Positions 33,045-45,000 of a stretch of 64,000 nt of DNA are shown here, piece by piece. The position numbers and the translations under genes were made by a program. Numbering within the stretch: the stretch's first letter is position 1; every line of letters starts with the position of its first letter. Under the pieces are notes generated by a model. The model saw only the letters and a list, made by a program, of their open reading frames with translations, ran no database searches and was not told where the DNA came from. Source of the DNA: Lama guanicoe (lineage: Eukaryota). The stretch is taken from contig MU053881.1 of the NCBI GenBank assembly GCA_013239625.1, forward strand, positions 2,356,001-2,420,000. Direction: 5' to 3'.

Positions 33045-36000
33045 CTGCGGAAGGGAGGGGAGCCCGTCAGGGGCCTGGCTTCACCCAGCTGCCGCCTCCT
33101 CCCTCCCAGACCACCCAAGGGCAGGGCCTCCCCTCAGCCAAGTGCACTGGATGCCCCAGCTGCTGGTGGCTGGGGCACAGGCTCCACGGTGCACCCTGTC
33201 CACATGCCCCGCCACATCCTACCTCCCCATGCTGGACTGCAGGTAGATTTAGCCCCTCCCTGCCCATCTCCCACCCACCTGTCCAGGTGGAGTTTCTGGG
33301 CCAGAGTCCGCCAGTCGGCACCCCGGCTACAGGGTGGGTCCAGGCTGGTAATGATCTTCTGCCGTATGAGGAAGGGGATCTTGAAGGCACTGGGGCCCAC
33401 TAGGGCTGGGACCCCCCCTTCACTCTCCAGGGCCAGCAGCTCAGCAAATCTTGTGTCCTGGGGGCAGGGAGCGGTGGAGGTACCTGTTAGAACTTTCCCA
33501 GCCCAGGCCCACTGCCACCTCCTGTGGGGGAGTACTCGAAAACCACCCCAGGGCACGGGGACAGCATGGGCACTGGTGCTTCCTGGGCAGCCCCAGTGCC
33601 AGGGCCCTGCTCGCCAGAGCGCGGGAGTGCAGCCACCTGCCTCACAGACACACAGCCCACGAGCAGAGGAGCCTTCTGATGACATTCTCCTTCCCCGCCC
33701 ATCACTCCTCCCTAGGTCACCTCTGCCCGCCTCTGCTGACTGGCAGAACTCTGCTGACTGCTGAGAACTCACTGCTCTCTTCCCCTGCCTCTGTCCTCCA
33801 CACTCAGTTCCATTATTGCTGCCTGCCTAATTCTTGCTCATCCTTCCAGGCCCAGTACAAGTCCCTCCTCAGGGATGCCATCTGGGGCCCCCAGGCCAGC
33901 TCCATCTCCTCACCCCTTCCTGCTGCTCCCACACCCTCCACAAGCCCCTCCCCAAGTCCCACAGCATCTCTCTGCATCTGCCTACACGTGCATCTGCGCC
34001 TCCCTCCCCAGGAGACGGAGGAAGCTGCCAAGTGGTTTTGAGGAGGTGGGCTTGGAGGCAGGATAGGCCCCGCGGGGAAGCACGTCATAGCGGCGCTGAC
34101 ACGCCCTCCTGCCCACCTTGGTGATGTTGAAGTTGACGTTGAAGCTCTGCCCGTCGCCCTCCACCTGCCATACCCACACCTTGCAGGCCAGGTCGCTGGT
34201 GCTGGGGCTGACGCGCTCCAAGGTGAAGGTGCAGTGCAGGTACTGCTGCGTGCCGTTCCAGATGTGGTAAAAGGGGACCTCCTGGGGCGGGAGGGGTGCA
34301 GAGATGCGGCGTCAGGCAGGCCCGTGTCAGCTGTGCCCGGCTCCAGGCACCCTGAGTGCCCTCACCTGGTAGCTGACGAGGAGCTTGCTCTTCCACAGGG
34401 AGCTGGGCACGTCGTGGATGGACAGGCGCAGGTTGTGGTAACTGTCCTTGAAGTGCAGGATGCGAGGCTCCTGGATCAGCTGTCCGCCCAGCTGCTTCTC
34501 CAGCTGCACCACCTCCTGCAGGGCCCCAGCGTCAGCCAAGCCTGGGGGCCAGGAGGGTCCCGCCCTCCCGCCCCCCTCCCGGGGCCAGGGCGGTCAGCGC
34601 TCGCGGGCGGCCTCCCCGGGTACCTTGAGTGCGTCATGGGTGTCGTGCAGGCAGTAGACCCGGATGTTGTACTCGAGGGAGGTGCAGGCCACTGGGGCAA
34701 ACAGAAGCAGCTTGAGGCGCTTGGCCGCGGCCACACTGAGGGCCTCTCCCACCAGGGCGAAGCGGCCCAGCTGCTCGGTGAAGACGTAGCAGGCGCCGGC
34801 CTCCAGCTGGCAGTAGTAGAGGTGGGAGGGCGCCTCCTCGCCCAGGTGCAGCACGTCCTGCGGGCAGGGCCTAATGGGTCAGCTTGCAGCCAGTCGCGGG
34901 GGCGTGGCTCAAGGGCCAGGCAGGAAGCCAGACTCCTCTCCGAGCCCCTGGCTGGGGTGGGGAGGCTTGGGGCTCACCTCCCAGCTGCCCTCGCAGGACT
35001 GCTTTTTGAGGCGTAGGCTCCAGCTCTCGGGACTGGGCTCCCCGCAGTGGTCCATGGCGAGGATGACAGGCCGGGTGAGCAGGACTCCAGGGGGCCCGCA
35101 GCTAACGATGGGACTCAGCAGGGTCTGACAGCCGGCTAGGGGCAACCTCAAGTGGGGAAATATGGGTGGGGAGGGAAAGGCGTCAGTGGGCCATCCTGGG
35201 AGCCGGCTCCGGGCAGGGCAGCAGACCCTGGGGTTGGGGGCTGCAGAGCTGGGTGCAGCTTAGGAGCGGCTCTTCCCCCCGCCCCTCCCTTGGGCAAGGC
35301 CAGACCAGGCCTGACAGTGGGTGGGCAGGGGCGTCATGGTGACAGCAGGCAGGAGCAGAACCCGCCCAGTCCCAGGAGCAGGGCCCACGCCCACACCTCA
35401 CGTCCTCTGGCTTGTGCAGCGTGAGGTAGACCTCGTAGATCTTCCCTCGGGGTATGGCGTCTGGGGGGATGAGGAGGCTGATGCCTGCGACAGAGCAGGA
35501 GCGGGGCCGGGGCTTACCACAGCTGCAAAGACACCCAGCACCCCACTCCACCAGCCCCTTCCTGAGCCTCCCTCTGAGGACTGACTGATGCCAGCCTGGC
35601 CTGGGAACAGAGGTGCCACCGGGAGTGCCAGGCTGGCCAACCACCCACATGGGCATGAAGCTGACTCAGGGTGACCCCAGGAGTGACTGAGGGAGCTCAG
35701 GTGAGAGATGCATGTCTAGTTAGCCTGGGCACAGAAAACTCTGGAACCTCCCGGTATGCGGTATGCTGTACTCATCTCCTCCATCACCCACTTAAAACCT
35801 TCCCTGCCTCCAGGATAAAGTACGGCCCCTTGGCCTGACATGTAAGGCCCCTGGCCTCTGGGTCTAACCTGTGCTGCAGACTTGCTGTTCTGAGTGCCCC
35901 ACCGTCCTGGCCTGCTCGAGCTCCCCTCCTCAGCTTGGCCACCTCTGGGTGGGCACCTCCCTTCTGCTGACTTTGCTCCCGGCTGGGCAGTGGCCCTCTG

Positions 36001-39000
36001 CAGGTGGGGCTGGGGCCTTTAACGACCTTGCCCACTTTAAGGTGGCCCTCTCTGGTCTGGGTGCCCCTGCACACACAGCCTCCTGTCTGATCGATTCACC
36101 TTTTGCCCCAGTGTCTTTCGGGCGCAGAATCAGAAAGTGTCTGCTGAGGGAGGGGTGGCTGCCGGAAAGAGGCGGGGGCGGGACACAGTGAGGCCGGGGG
36201 CTGGGGAGTTACTCTGGGGATGGCAAGAAGAGGCCCTGCCCTACCTCCTGTGCTTTTAGGGCAGGGAGCCCCTACAACAGGAGGGGGCTCCGAGGCTCGC
36301 GATGGGGAGAGGCGAAGACATTCTATGGCTATCCCAGCAAGTCTGAAAGCATACTCATGCTCTCCAGAGTGCGCAACTCTGAGGTGGGGTGCAGTTCCTG
36401 GCAACTGCAGCCCGGGAGAGAGAGGGAAGCCGGTGGTGGCGTGTTTACAGCTGCTGCTCCCTTCGCTAGCCTGCGCTGCCTCCTGGTACTGGCTGTCAGT
36501 GCTGGTGACAGTCCCAGAGATGCACGCATGAGTGCTCTCTGGCAGAGGTGCACTCACTTGAATACTCATTCAGGGAATGCTAATGCTGAATACTCAGGTG
36601 AGGGAAAACCACGAGTCCTGCTCTCATGAAGCACTCAGCCCCACGGGGAGGCAGACAAGTGGACGGCAGCAAAGGATGCTGGGCGCTGGGGGAGAGCTGG
36701 GAGGAGCGGCAGCTCACCGGCCACCCGCCCTGCCGAGGGAGTGAAGGGCAAGTGGCCACCGAGGACCCACTGTGCGCCTGCCCTCTCTAAGATCTTGCCA
36801 CGCACCATCTCACCTCATCTTCCTAGCAGCTCCGCCAAGGGGACGTGAGGCACAGAGATGGAGAGCTGCCACACCCGACAGAGAAGCAGCTGATAAGGTG
36901 GACGGGGGCAGAGAGACCGTGTGTGTAAAGGGAAGCATAGTGTATCTGGGGTGACAGGAGCCCACTGTGGTTGCCACATGCAGGAGAAGTGTGCATGGGA
37001 GGGGAGGCCACTATAGCTGGCCAGCAGGGGAGGAGACTTTGTGACTCTGCCACGTGGGCTTTGAAGGGGGAAGCAGAAGCCCCAGAAAGGGACATGATCA
37101 AGTCTGGCTTCAGTGAGTGAATTCTTGGGGCCACGAACCATAGGAGAGGTAGGTGTGGTGGCCTGGGCCAGGAGAGGCAGTGGGAAAGGCAGGAAGCAGG
37201 AGGATGCAGGAACATTTGAGGAGAAAGAATGATGGGATTGGTGTGTAAACGAAGCTGGCGTGGAGGTGAGGGGGCTAAGTGAAGAAGAGCAGGAGGTCAA
37301 GGTGACCCCAGTTTCTGATCTGAGCAACTCAACTCTGCTGTCCCTAAGATAGGGCGAGCTGGGAAGCAGGAGGTTCTGGGGGAGGGTGGGAGACAGTGTT
37401 GTTTTAGGCACGAGGGATCTGAGGTGCTGTGAGACATCCCAGGAGGCAGCTGGGTGTATAATTCTGTCATCCAGGAGAACTGCAGCTGGGGATGGAGGTG
37501 TGGGAGTGATCCGCACAGACATGGCGATTAAAGCCACAGAGTGGGCGAGATCGCCTGGGGAGAGGGCGCTGGGAGGGAGCTCTGAGGGATCCCTACATTT
37601 AGGGAGCAGGCACCAAGGGCAGCTGGAAAAGCACAAGAAAGTCAGGGCCATGTGGGGTCATCTAAGTAAAGGGAATCGAGGATTTCAAGGCAGGAATAGG
37701 CAGCCACAGCAGTTTGTGGCTGTTTCTCAAAAGACGACCGTGGAAAGATCTATGGATTCTCTGTGAAGGCATCTCTGAGATCCTGTCCCAGGGGTTTCTG
37801 GAAGGGGTGGGTAGAAGAACCCCTGTTTAGGCATTTTTTCCCTCTGCTATTTCTCCTCTAGCTCCCCAGCTCCTTGGGGCCCAGGGCCCTGCACAGAGCC
37901 CGACACACACAGGCTGACTGGCTGTGTAAGTGAATGGACAGTAGTCCTGTGCCTTTGGGCAGCAGAAAGAAGACAGCTCCAGCCATGGCCTCAGTGCCAC
38001 CCCACTGCCAGCCACAACTGGATTCTCTCCAGAACTCTATCCCTTTTCCCTGCTGGGCTGGCTTTTGCCTTTGGAGTGAGGCTCAGAGGCACAGAAGGAA
38101 CATCGGTCTGTCCTGTCCTCCTCCAGGAGGGACACAGGCAGGTCTCGCCTCTTAGAGCACCCCAAGCATGCTGGGGTCCTTCCCACCTGTATTAGGGATC
38201 ATCAGCCGGCCCCCGAGGAAGTTGAAGGTCCCATAGGCCATGTTGCTGGTGCCACGGGGCAGGGAACGGAAGTAGTTCTGGGTGGAGAGGCGGGAGACGA
38301 AGTCCTCGGCCTCGGAGGTGGGGGAGCTGTGGTGCAGCGTGTGGCGCCCACCACCCAGCGGGCTGAGCAGGTGCCCGTTGGTGAGCTGGAACTTGGGGCT
38401 GGGCCCGTCCTGCCGGGGACACAGACTGCCCTGGTAGGTGGTGGTGGTGGTGCTGAGGTCTGGCTGGATGGTGAGCAGATGAGGATTATCTGCAAGGATC
38501 GAGACAGACTCAGAGAGTGACACTGGGGTCAGCCCTGTCTAGGCAGCCCTTGGGGTGGGGACCAGGCCTGAGTACTGGCGACAGGAGCATCCTACCTGCT
38601 TTGCTGGGCTTGATGCTGACGGGCTGGAAGCCTGAGGTGAGGATGGATGAGTCAGCCACGTCCGAGTCCAGTCCTTCCTTCTTGCGGCAGTACACCAGGA
38701 TGAGGACGAGCAGCAGCAGCAGGAGGCACACGGCCACGGCTATGAGGCCCACGTAGAGGGCCACGTCCTCTGGGCCAGAAGCAGCTGCAGGAGAGAGCGC
38801 AGCCTTGGGAGGGGCAGGGGGCTGGGAAGGAGAGGTCAGAGGTCTACACCCCAGGAGGATGAGGCCTCTACTCTTTGGGCGTCAGCACCAGTTGGGCAGG
38901 GGATGCTGGCAGGAGGGAGCATGGAGTCGGCATGTGTGTATCCCAGCCTTGCAATCTGCCACCACCTTGCTGTGTCACTGAGCAGACTGCATCCCTTAGG

Positions 39001-42000
39001 AGCTCAATTCAGGTTGAAGTTGCTGCTGACGAAGAGTGGAGGAGAGGAAGAGCCGCCTCCTGGGGTGCCCTGGTGCTGGGCTGCTAGGCTAAGGCTGCTC
39101 TTCTGGGGCAGCTGGGGCTGAGGGTGAGCTCCTAGGCTCCCCAGAGTGGAGGACCTGCTTCCTGGGAGGGTGGTCTGTCAGTCTGGTTCCTGGCGAGTCC
39201 CTGGGCCAGGAGCAGGGGTCTTAGGGCTCTTCTCCTTGTCTGCCTCCCCCAGGCCTGGGGCAGAGCTGGGGAGAGAGTGATTGACTGCCTGGAGGAAGCT
39301 ATATTGATTTTAGAAGGGCTTTGCATAATGGAAGAAATGTCCATCAGAAAGGAATTGACACAGATAATTAGGTTTTTAATTGAAAGAATGGGGGAGGGTG
39401 TGTTCTAGAGAAAAAAGTCCAACAGAGATCTTTAATTGTTAGTTATGGCCTTATAATTAACAGGCCTCACAAGCCTGGTGTCCCCACAGGACTCGTGTGT
39501 GCACTTGGGGGACAGGGCATAGGTAAAACTGCAGGAGAGGACGGGGAGAGGTTTGCGAGCTGATCCCGGGGGGGCTGGGCGTGCACAGTAAACCTCCAAA
39601 TGAATGTATGTCTCAGGGCAGGTGGGCACATGTTGGGTATGTTAGGGAGGGGGGGCCCCTGAGGGTCCTGAGCGTTGAAGAGGGTTTTGCACCCCCTTCC
39701 TGGGGCAGGGCAGGGCCACTCCTGGCAAACTCGAGAGGACTCCAGGCTGGAGAGGACTCACTGTGCACGCAGAGGTCGCTGGTACAGTTGCGCGTGTCCA
39801 GGTCGGCGCCACGGCACTCCTCGCCTCCATTGCGGGGCGCAGGGTCAGAGCACTCGCGGCTCCGCCAGTGGGTGCAGTCGAGCCCGCAGGCCGACCACTT
39901 GCTCCACGGGCTCCAGCTGCCGTCCACTAGACGCAGGGCAGACACGGACAGAGAGGACACGGCATGGTCAGCCCAGGGAGCCAGCCCAGGCCGTTCTGCC
40001 GCTGCGGCCCTGCCGGGCATCCGGACCTGGTGCAATGCCAGGGCCAGGGCCAGGCCTGCCGGTCTGCAAGCCCTCTGCTGTCCAGCTGGCCTGGATGACG
40101 CATGCTAATGACAGGAGGCACGATGACGCTGGGCCTGCTTGGCTCTACCCACACAGGGGGCCATCCAGGCCCTGGGGCAGTGAGGGCACTTGGTCGCACG
40201 ATGACCCTCTGATCCCAGGCACAGGTGGTTCTGCAGCCTCAGGCCGGGCCTGACCCACATTGACTGTACCCGTCCTGACTGCACCTCAGACCCTGTGACT
40301 CAACCCCTCGGCCAAGGCCGAGCCTGGACACAGACCGAGCCCTGCCTCCGATCACACTGAACCTCATCCTGGCCTCCGACTGAGCCTGGCCCTGCACGTG
40401 GGTGGGTGGGATGGAGCCATGGGGAGCAGGCTGGTGGGCACGGAGATGGCGTGGTGAAGAGCGATGCGGGAGGCGGCGGCCGCTGGTACCTGGGCACAGG
40501 GTGGCGCAGGCTGTTTTCTGGACATTCTGCCCCTCACAGAAGGCGCCCCCGTTGAGAGGTGCCGGGTTGGTGCAGCTCCGGCTCCTTTTCTGCCAGCCGC
40601 GCCCACAGCTGGCGCTGCAGACGGACCACTCGGTCCACGTCGACCACCCACCGTTCACTGGCCGGACAGAGAAGGACTGGGGTCAGGGAGCGGGGGCTTC
40701 CTCGGACACACTGGCCCAGGAGCTGGGCAGGAGGGCAGAGGGGCTGTGAGCTGGAAACAGGCAGGCTGCAGCTGTGCTAAGAAAGTAGCCCTGGAGGGGA
40801 GGCCCTGCTTGTGCCCACGGCCCCCAGGACTTGGCTGCACCTGCTCCACAGCCCCGTCTCCCTGTGGGTGCTGCAGGTGCTCAGGGCAGCCAGCCCGAGC
40901 TGCAGCACCCACGCTCCTCCAGCCCAGACCCCAGCCTTTCATGGGGGTTGCTCCCGCACCCCCTCCCTCTCTGCTCCTGGGTGTGCCCGGGACACGCTGC
41001 TTCCCACCCCACAGGGGACACAGGGGCACGGGCCGTCTGGTGCGTTCCTAGTTTCCCATCCTATCCATTCATCTCCTTCTGCACAGTGCCCCCTGCCCAC
41101 AAGTAAGCCACGGGATGGTCCAGCCACAGATATCACCAGCCTGCTCCCCTCTTCCGCCCAGACATGCCCCTCGGCTCCCCGACAGCCACCGCAGGCCCCC
41201 TCCCTGTCCTTCGCAGTCAGGCCACGGTCTGGTCTGCCTGGTCCTGGCTCCACAGGGAGCCAGCCACACGTGGCTTCCCTGAAGGCACCCCCAGTGACTC
41301 TGCCGCGCCCGGAGCACCCCCCGCCCCGCCAGCGCTGGGGCCCACCGTAGACGATGACTGCCGCCGAGGCACTGCGGCGACGCGCTACAATGTTCTTGGC
41401 CACGCAGGTGTAGTTGGCCGTGTCGGCCAGGCGGGCCTGTCGCACCACCAGGCTGTGCTCCCGCGTGATGTACACATTGGGGTCCAGGGATGGGTCCACC
41501 AGGTCCTCGTTCCTGAGCCACTCCACCTGGGGGAGGGAGCCACGCCACTGCACTGCCTGCCTGCGCTGGCCCTGCCCGGAGCAAAAGTAGCCCCTGGAGG
41601 GGGTCGGCCTGGAGGGCTGGGCCGGCAGGACCGGGGACCTGGGAGCACTGCCCGCCTGTGGAGTGGCACCGGAGCCCCTCTCACCTCGGCTGGGGGGATG
41701 CCCTCCGGTGGGCGGCAGGGGAGCACGATGCCCTGTTCCAGGGACACCTCCTTGGCCAGCGGCTCCTGCTCAAAATTCTTGCGCAAATCTGGGGGAAGAA
41801 CAAGAGTGCTTGCCAGCCGGAGTACCTCATGTTAGGTCAGTCTGGCTGACCTTGTCCCCTGGTCCCCTGGGGCCCACGGTACATGGCAGGAGGAAGCACC
41901 AAGTGCCCAGGGGGGCATCGGGGTGGCTGGGTGGCGTGCATAGGCACTCCCTCTACCCATCAAGGCAGGACCTGAGGATTTCTGATGGGGCCTCCTCCCC

Positions 42001-45000
42001 GGGTGACAGCCCAGCCCTGGACTCACAGGCAATGCGGATGTAGGCCTTCTGACTCTTGGTGGTGCCTGAGGAGCTCCACGCCACACACTGGCACCAGTAC
42101 TCCTCCAGCCCAAACACCTTCTCCACCTGCTGCCTTGAGACATTGATGCGGACCTCCATGGCGGGCAGCCCTGAGGGCAGAGGGGTGGGTAGCCAGGGCT
42201 GGGGCCATGCTTAGCACACAGAACCTCGCTGTCCAGTGCCTTTCGGGTTCCTGCACCACCCACAGCCACTCCCTCTGCTCAGCAGGGGAGCAGTCAGGCG
42301 TTGGGGGCAATCCTCCAGCCTGGAGGGAACCCGGAGGGGTTCCTGTTGTATCTCCTGAAGGTCAGGAGTGGGTCCTTAGCACTTCATTCATTATGCTTTG
42401 TTCCAAGGCCTGCCTCCCTGGAATCACCTACAGAAATGTCACTAAAGGGGCTTCCAGCTGTTTCAGAGACAAGGGCACAGAGGAGCTTCAAGCAAAAGGG
42501 CTGGCCTCTAAGGACCCCCATGTGGAAGGAGTGGGGCAGACAGGCCAGCCCTGGGGCCTCTGGGGGTAAAAAAGAGTGAGGCGGGATCTGGCTCACCTCC
42601 TGGGGTTAGTAGGTAGGTCCTGACAAGTGATAATATAATAACAGCTATTAACCAGGTAATTACAGCGATTATGTAGCAGGATAATAGACCCCCGGGGCTT
42701 AGCGAGGGCTTCCCGCATGCGGCTCGTCTTCTCCAGTCTACTTGCTGGGTCGGTACTGCTCCCACTCCACGGATGAGGAAACCGAGACCCAGAGAGGCAG
42801 GGACTTGCCCAGGGCTGTCTGAGTCCAGAGTGTGTTCAGGGAGCTCAGAATCCAAAGTGTGCTCAGGGTTCACGGGGTGGGGGTTGCCGCGGGAGCCCAC
42901 CCCCACTGGGAGAAACTTTGGCAAGGGTGAGGGGACAGCCCCAAGAGGGGAAGCTGGCCTGTGACGAGTCTCCGGGAACTCTCTCCACCTGAATGGACTG
43001 TGTTTGGGGGGAGTCCCTCTCAAGGATGGACTCAGCGCCCCCCGCACGGCCTTCTTCCAAACCCAGGTTAGGGGCATTTGGGGAGGGCTTAGACCTCTGA
43101 GGACCCAGAACGGGGTGGGGGATACCAGCCCTCCTCCAGCACCCTGGCCTTTGGCCAAAACCAGGGTCCCCGGGAGTGAGAAAAGACTGTTTGTTTCCAA
43201 TTTCTCCTCCTCCTGACCCCAATTTCCCTCGGGTCATTGGCTTATCAGAAAGAGGGAGAGAGGCTGGTGTTTCCATTGTTAACAGAGAAATTCAATTAGG
43301 GCTGCAATGCAGGCGGAGCAGAGGGCCGGCCGAGCAGGCAGGCCAGGACGCTGTTTTCTGTCTTAATTTCTCTAAAGTGCCTTTCCCTGACCCCCACCCA
43401 GACCCCTCGCCACGAGTCTTTCCGGCTCCCTCACTTTTTCTGCCCTTCCCCCCAGTGAGCTGTTGCAGGAGACAGTGGGGTGTCACCTCTGACTGAGGTC
43501 ACTAACAGTGGGCTAGATCACTTCATTCTGGGCACTGCCTGGCCCTACTCTCCAAGGTGCTGGAAGTGCACGTTCTCGGGGCGGGGTGGGGGGATCGGGG
43601 CTGAGAAGCGAGGAGGGGTCCCTCACAGGCTCTGTGTGTAGGAGAGCGGCCGCCAGCTCCAGCCACCTGTCAAACACATCGAGTCTTGCGGCATCTGAGA
43701 AGGAGCCGCGCATACACCAGGGGATGGAGAGCAAGTCTTCCCTCAGCCTCTGGGGTGAGCAGTGGGAGACTTGCAGGACATTCTAAACTGGGTACTTTTT
43801 CTCTCTTAGGTGGACAGGTCTATGGGTGGACGGCTCCATCCCCATGGTGGTGGGGAGAGCTCATACACCACCCAGGCAGCTCAGCTGGGGGCGAACAGTA
43901 CTAAATTTAAGTACTCCTAATTCTCTCTCCCTGTCTCCTCCCCACTTCTGTCCTGCCACCTCCTCATCTTCCTGCTGCCAGGAATGAGGGCCAAGTTGGT
44001 CCATGAGGTCTAGATCCAGGGAGTGCGCTTGACCTCCACAAGCTCTAAGTAGGCGGTGGACCGAGGAGAAGACCCAGACCCTGCCCTGTAGTTCCTTGAA
44101 GTGAGGGGCTGTGCCCTACCCACCGCAGGTCACTGAGCAGCCTGGCTCTGGGCACGGCTGTGTCTGTACCTGCCTGGTAAATGTGAGCAGACGCCAGCCT
44201 TGGGGAGGGACGGGAGGAAGGAGGGGGTCCCTGCCGGCCCAGGACTGTGTCGGATGTGTGCGGGCGTGTGAATGCTGTGGGGAGGTCCAAGTGTGTGTGT
44301 GCTGAGTATTTCTGGGAGGTGGAGGGTGAGGGGTGGGGGGTTCTGAGGACAAGAAGGTGTTTAGGGTCTTACCTACTCACCAATCTGCTTCTAATAACCA
44401 GTTTGTTTAACACACAATAAATTACACTCCCAGACTGGACTCCAACGATTGGTTTTGCAAATTTCCAGCTTTTACAGTATCAGCAGGTTTGGGGTCAAGA
44501 GTTTTCAGGCTTTGGTCCCTTCCCCTGGCCTTCTGGATGGGGAATGGGGGCAAGTCACAAGGAGACCGAGCACTTCTTCCTGGGGGGTGCACCCAGCCAC
44601 CCGCAACCCCACACAGGAGTGGGAGGGAGATCTCACAGCTTCTGCCACCAACCCGAAAGGGGGCCCTCCTCACCCCCATTTTACAGATGAGGAAACTGAG
44701 GCCCAGGGAGGGGAGAGGAGTTGCCACAGAGAGCACCAACCCCAACCATTCCCCTTCTGGGGTGGGAGGCAGAGGTGGATCACCTGCCCAACAGCCTCTG
44801 GGGCTAAATTCCTAGCACCTCACCCAGGCCTGGCACAGAGCAGGTGCTCGGTTAACACCAGAGGCCAGCACGTGTGAGGCCAGGACATGTAGGGCTCAAG
44901 GACTTAGGCAGGAATCACCACCTGGGGGCGGACGCTTAGTGGGGAGAAGACCAGCCCCCGAGAGGGGAGGATCGGGCGTGACTTCTGTGGGCCAGAACAC

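Noticed and set aside
31954..33764. Long + strand ORFs of 316 aa and 287 aa downstream of HK3
   Set aside because: Antisense to the UNC5A 3' UTR and last exons in very GC-rich DNA, with non-ATG starts and no recognisable domain; expected shadow ORFs.
36815..37651. 278-aa - strand ORF in UNC5A intron 9
   Set aside because: Coincides with an L2 remnant; S/P/L-rich translation typical of decayed L2.
42818..42871. 27-bp imperfect tandem repeat (2 copies)
   Set aside because: Small local duplication at the end of a MIR fragment; no sign of function. Similar small duplications lie at 19709-19734 and about 33731-33770.
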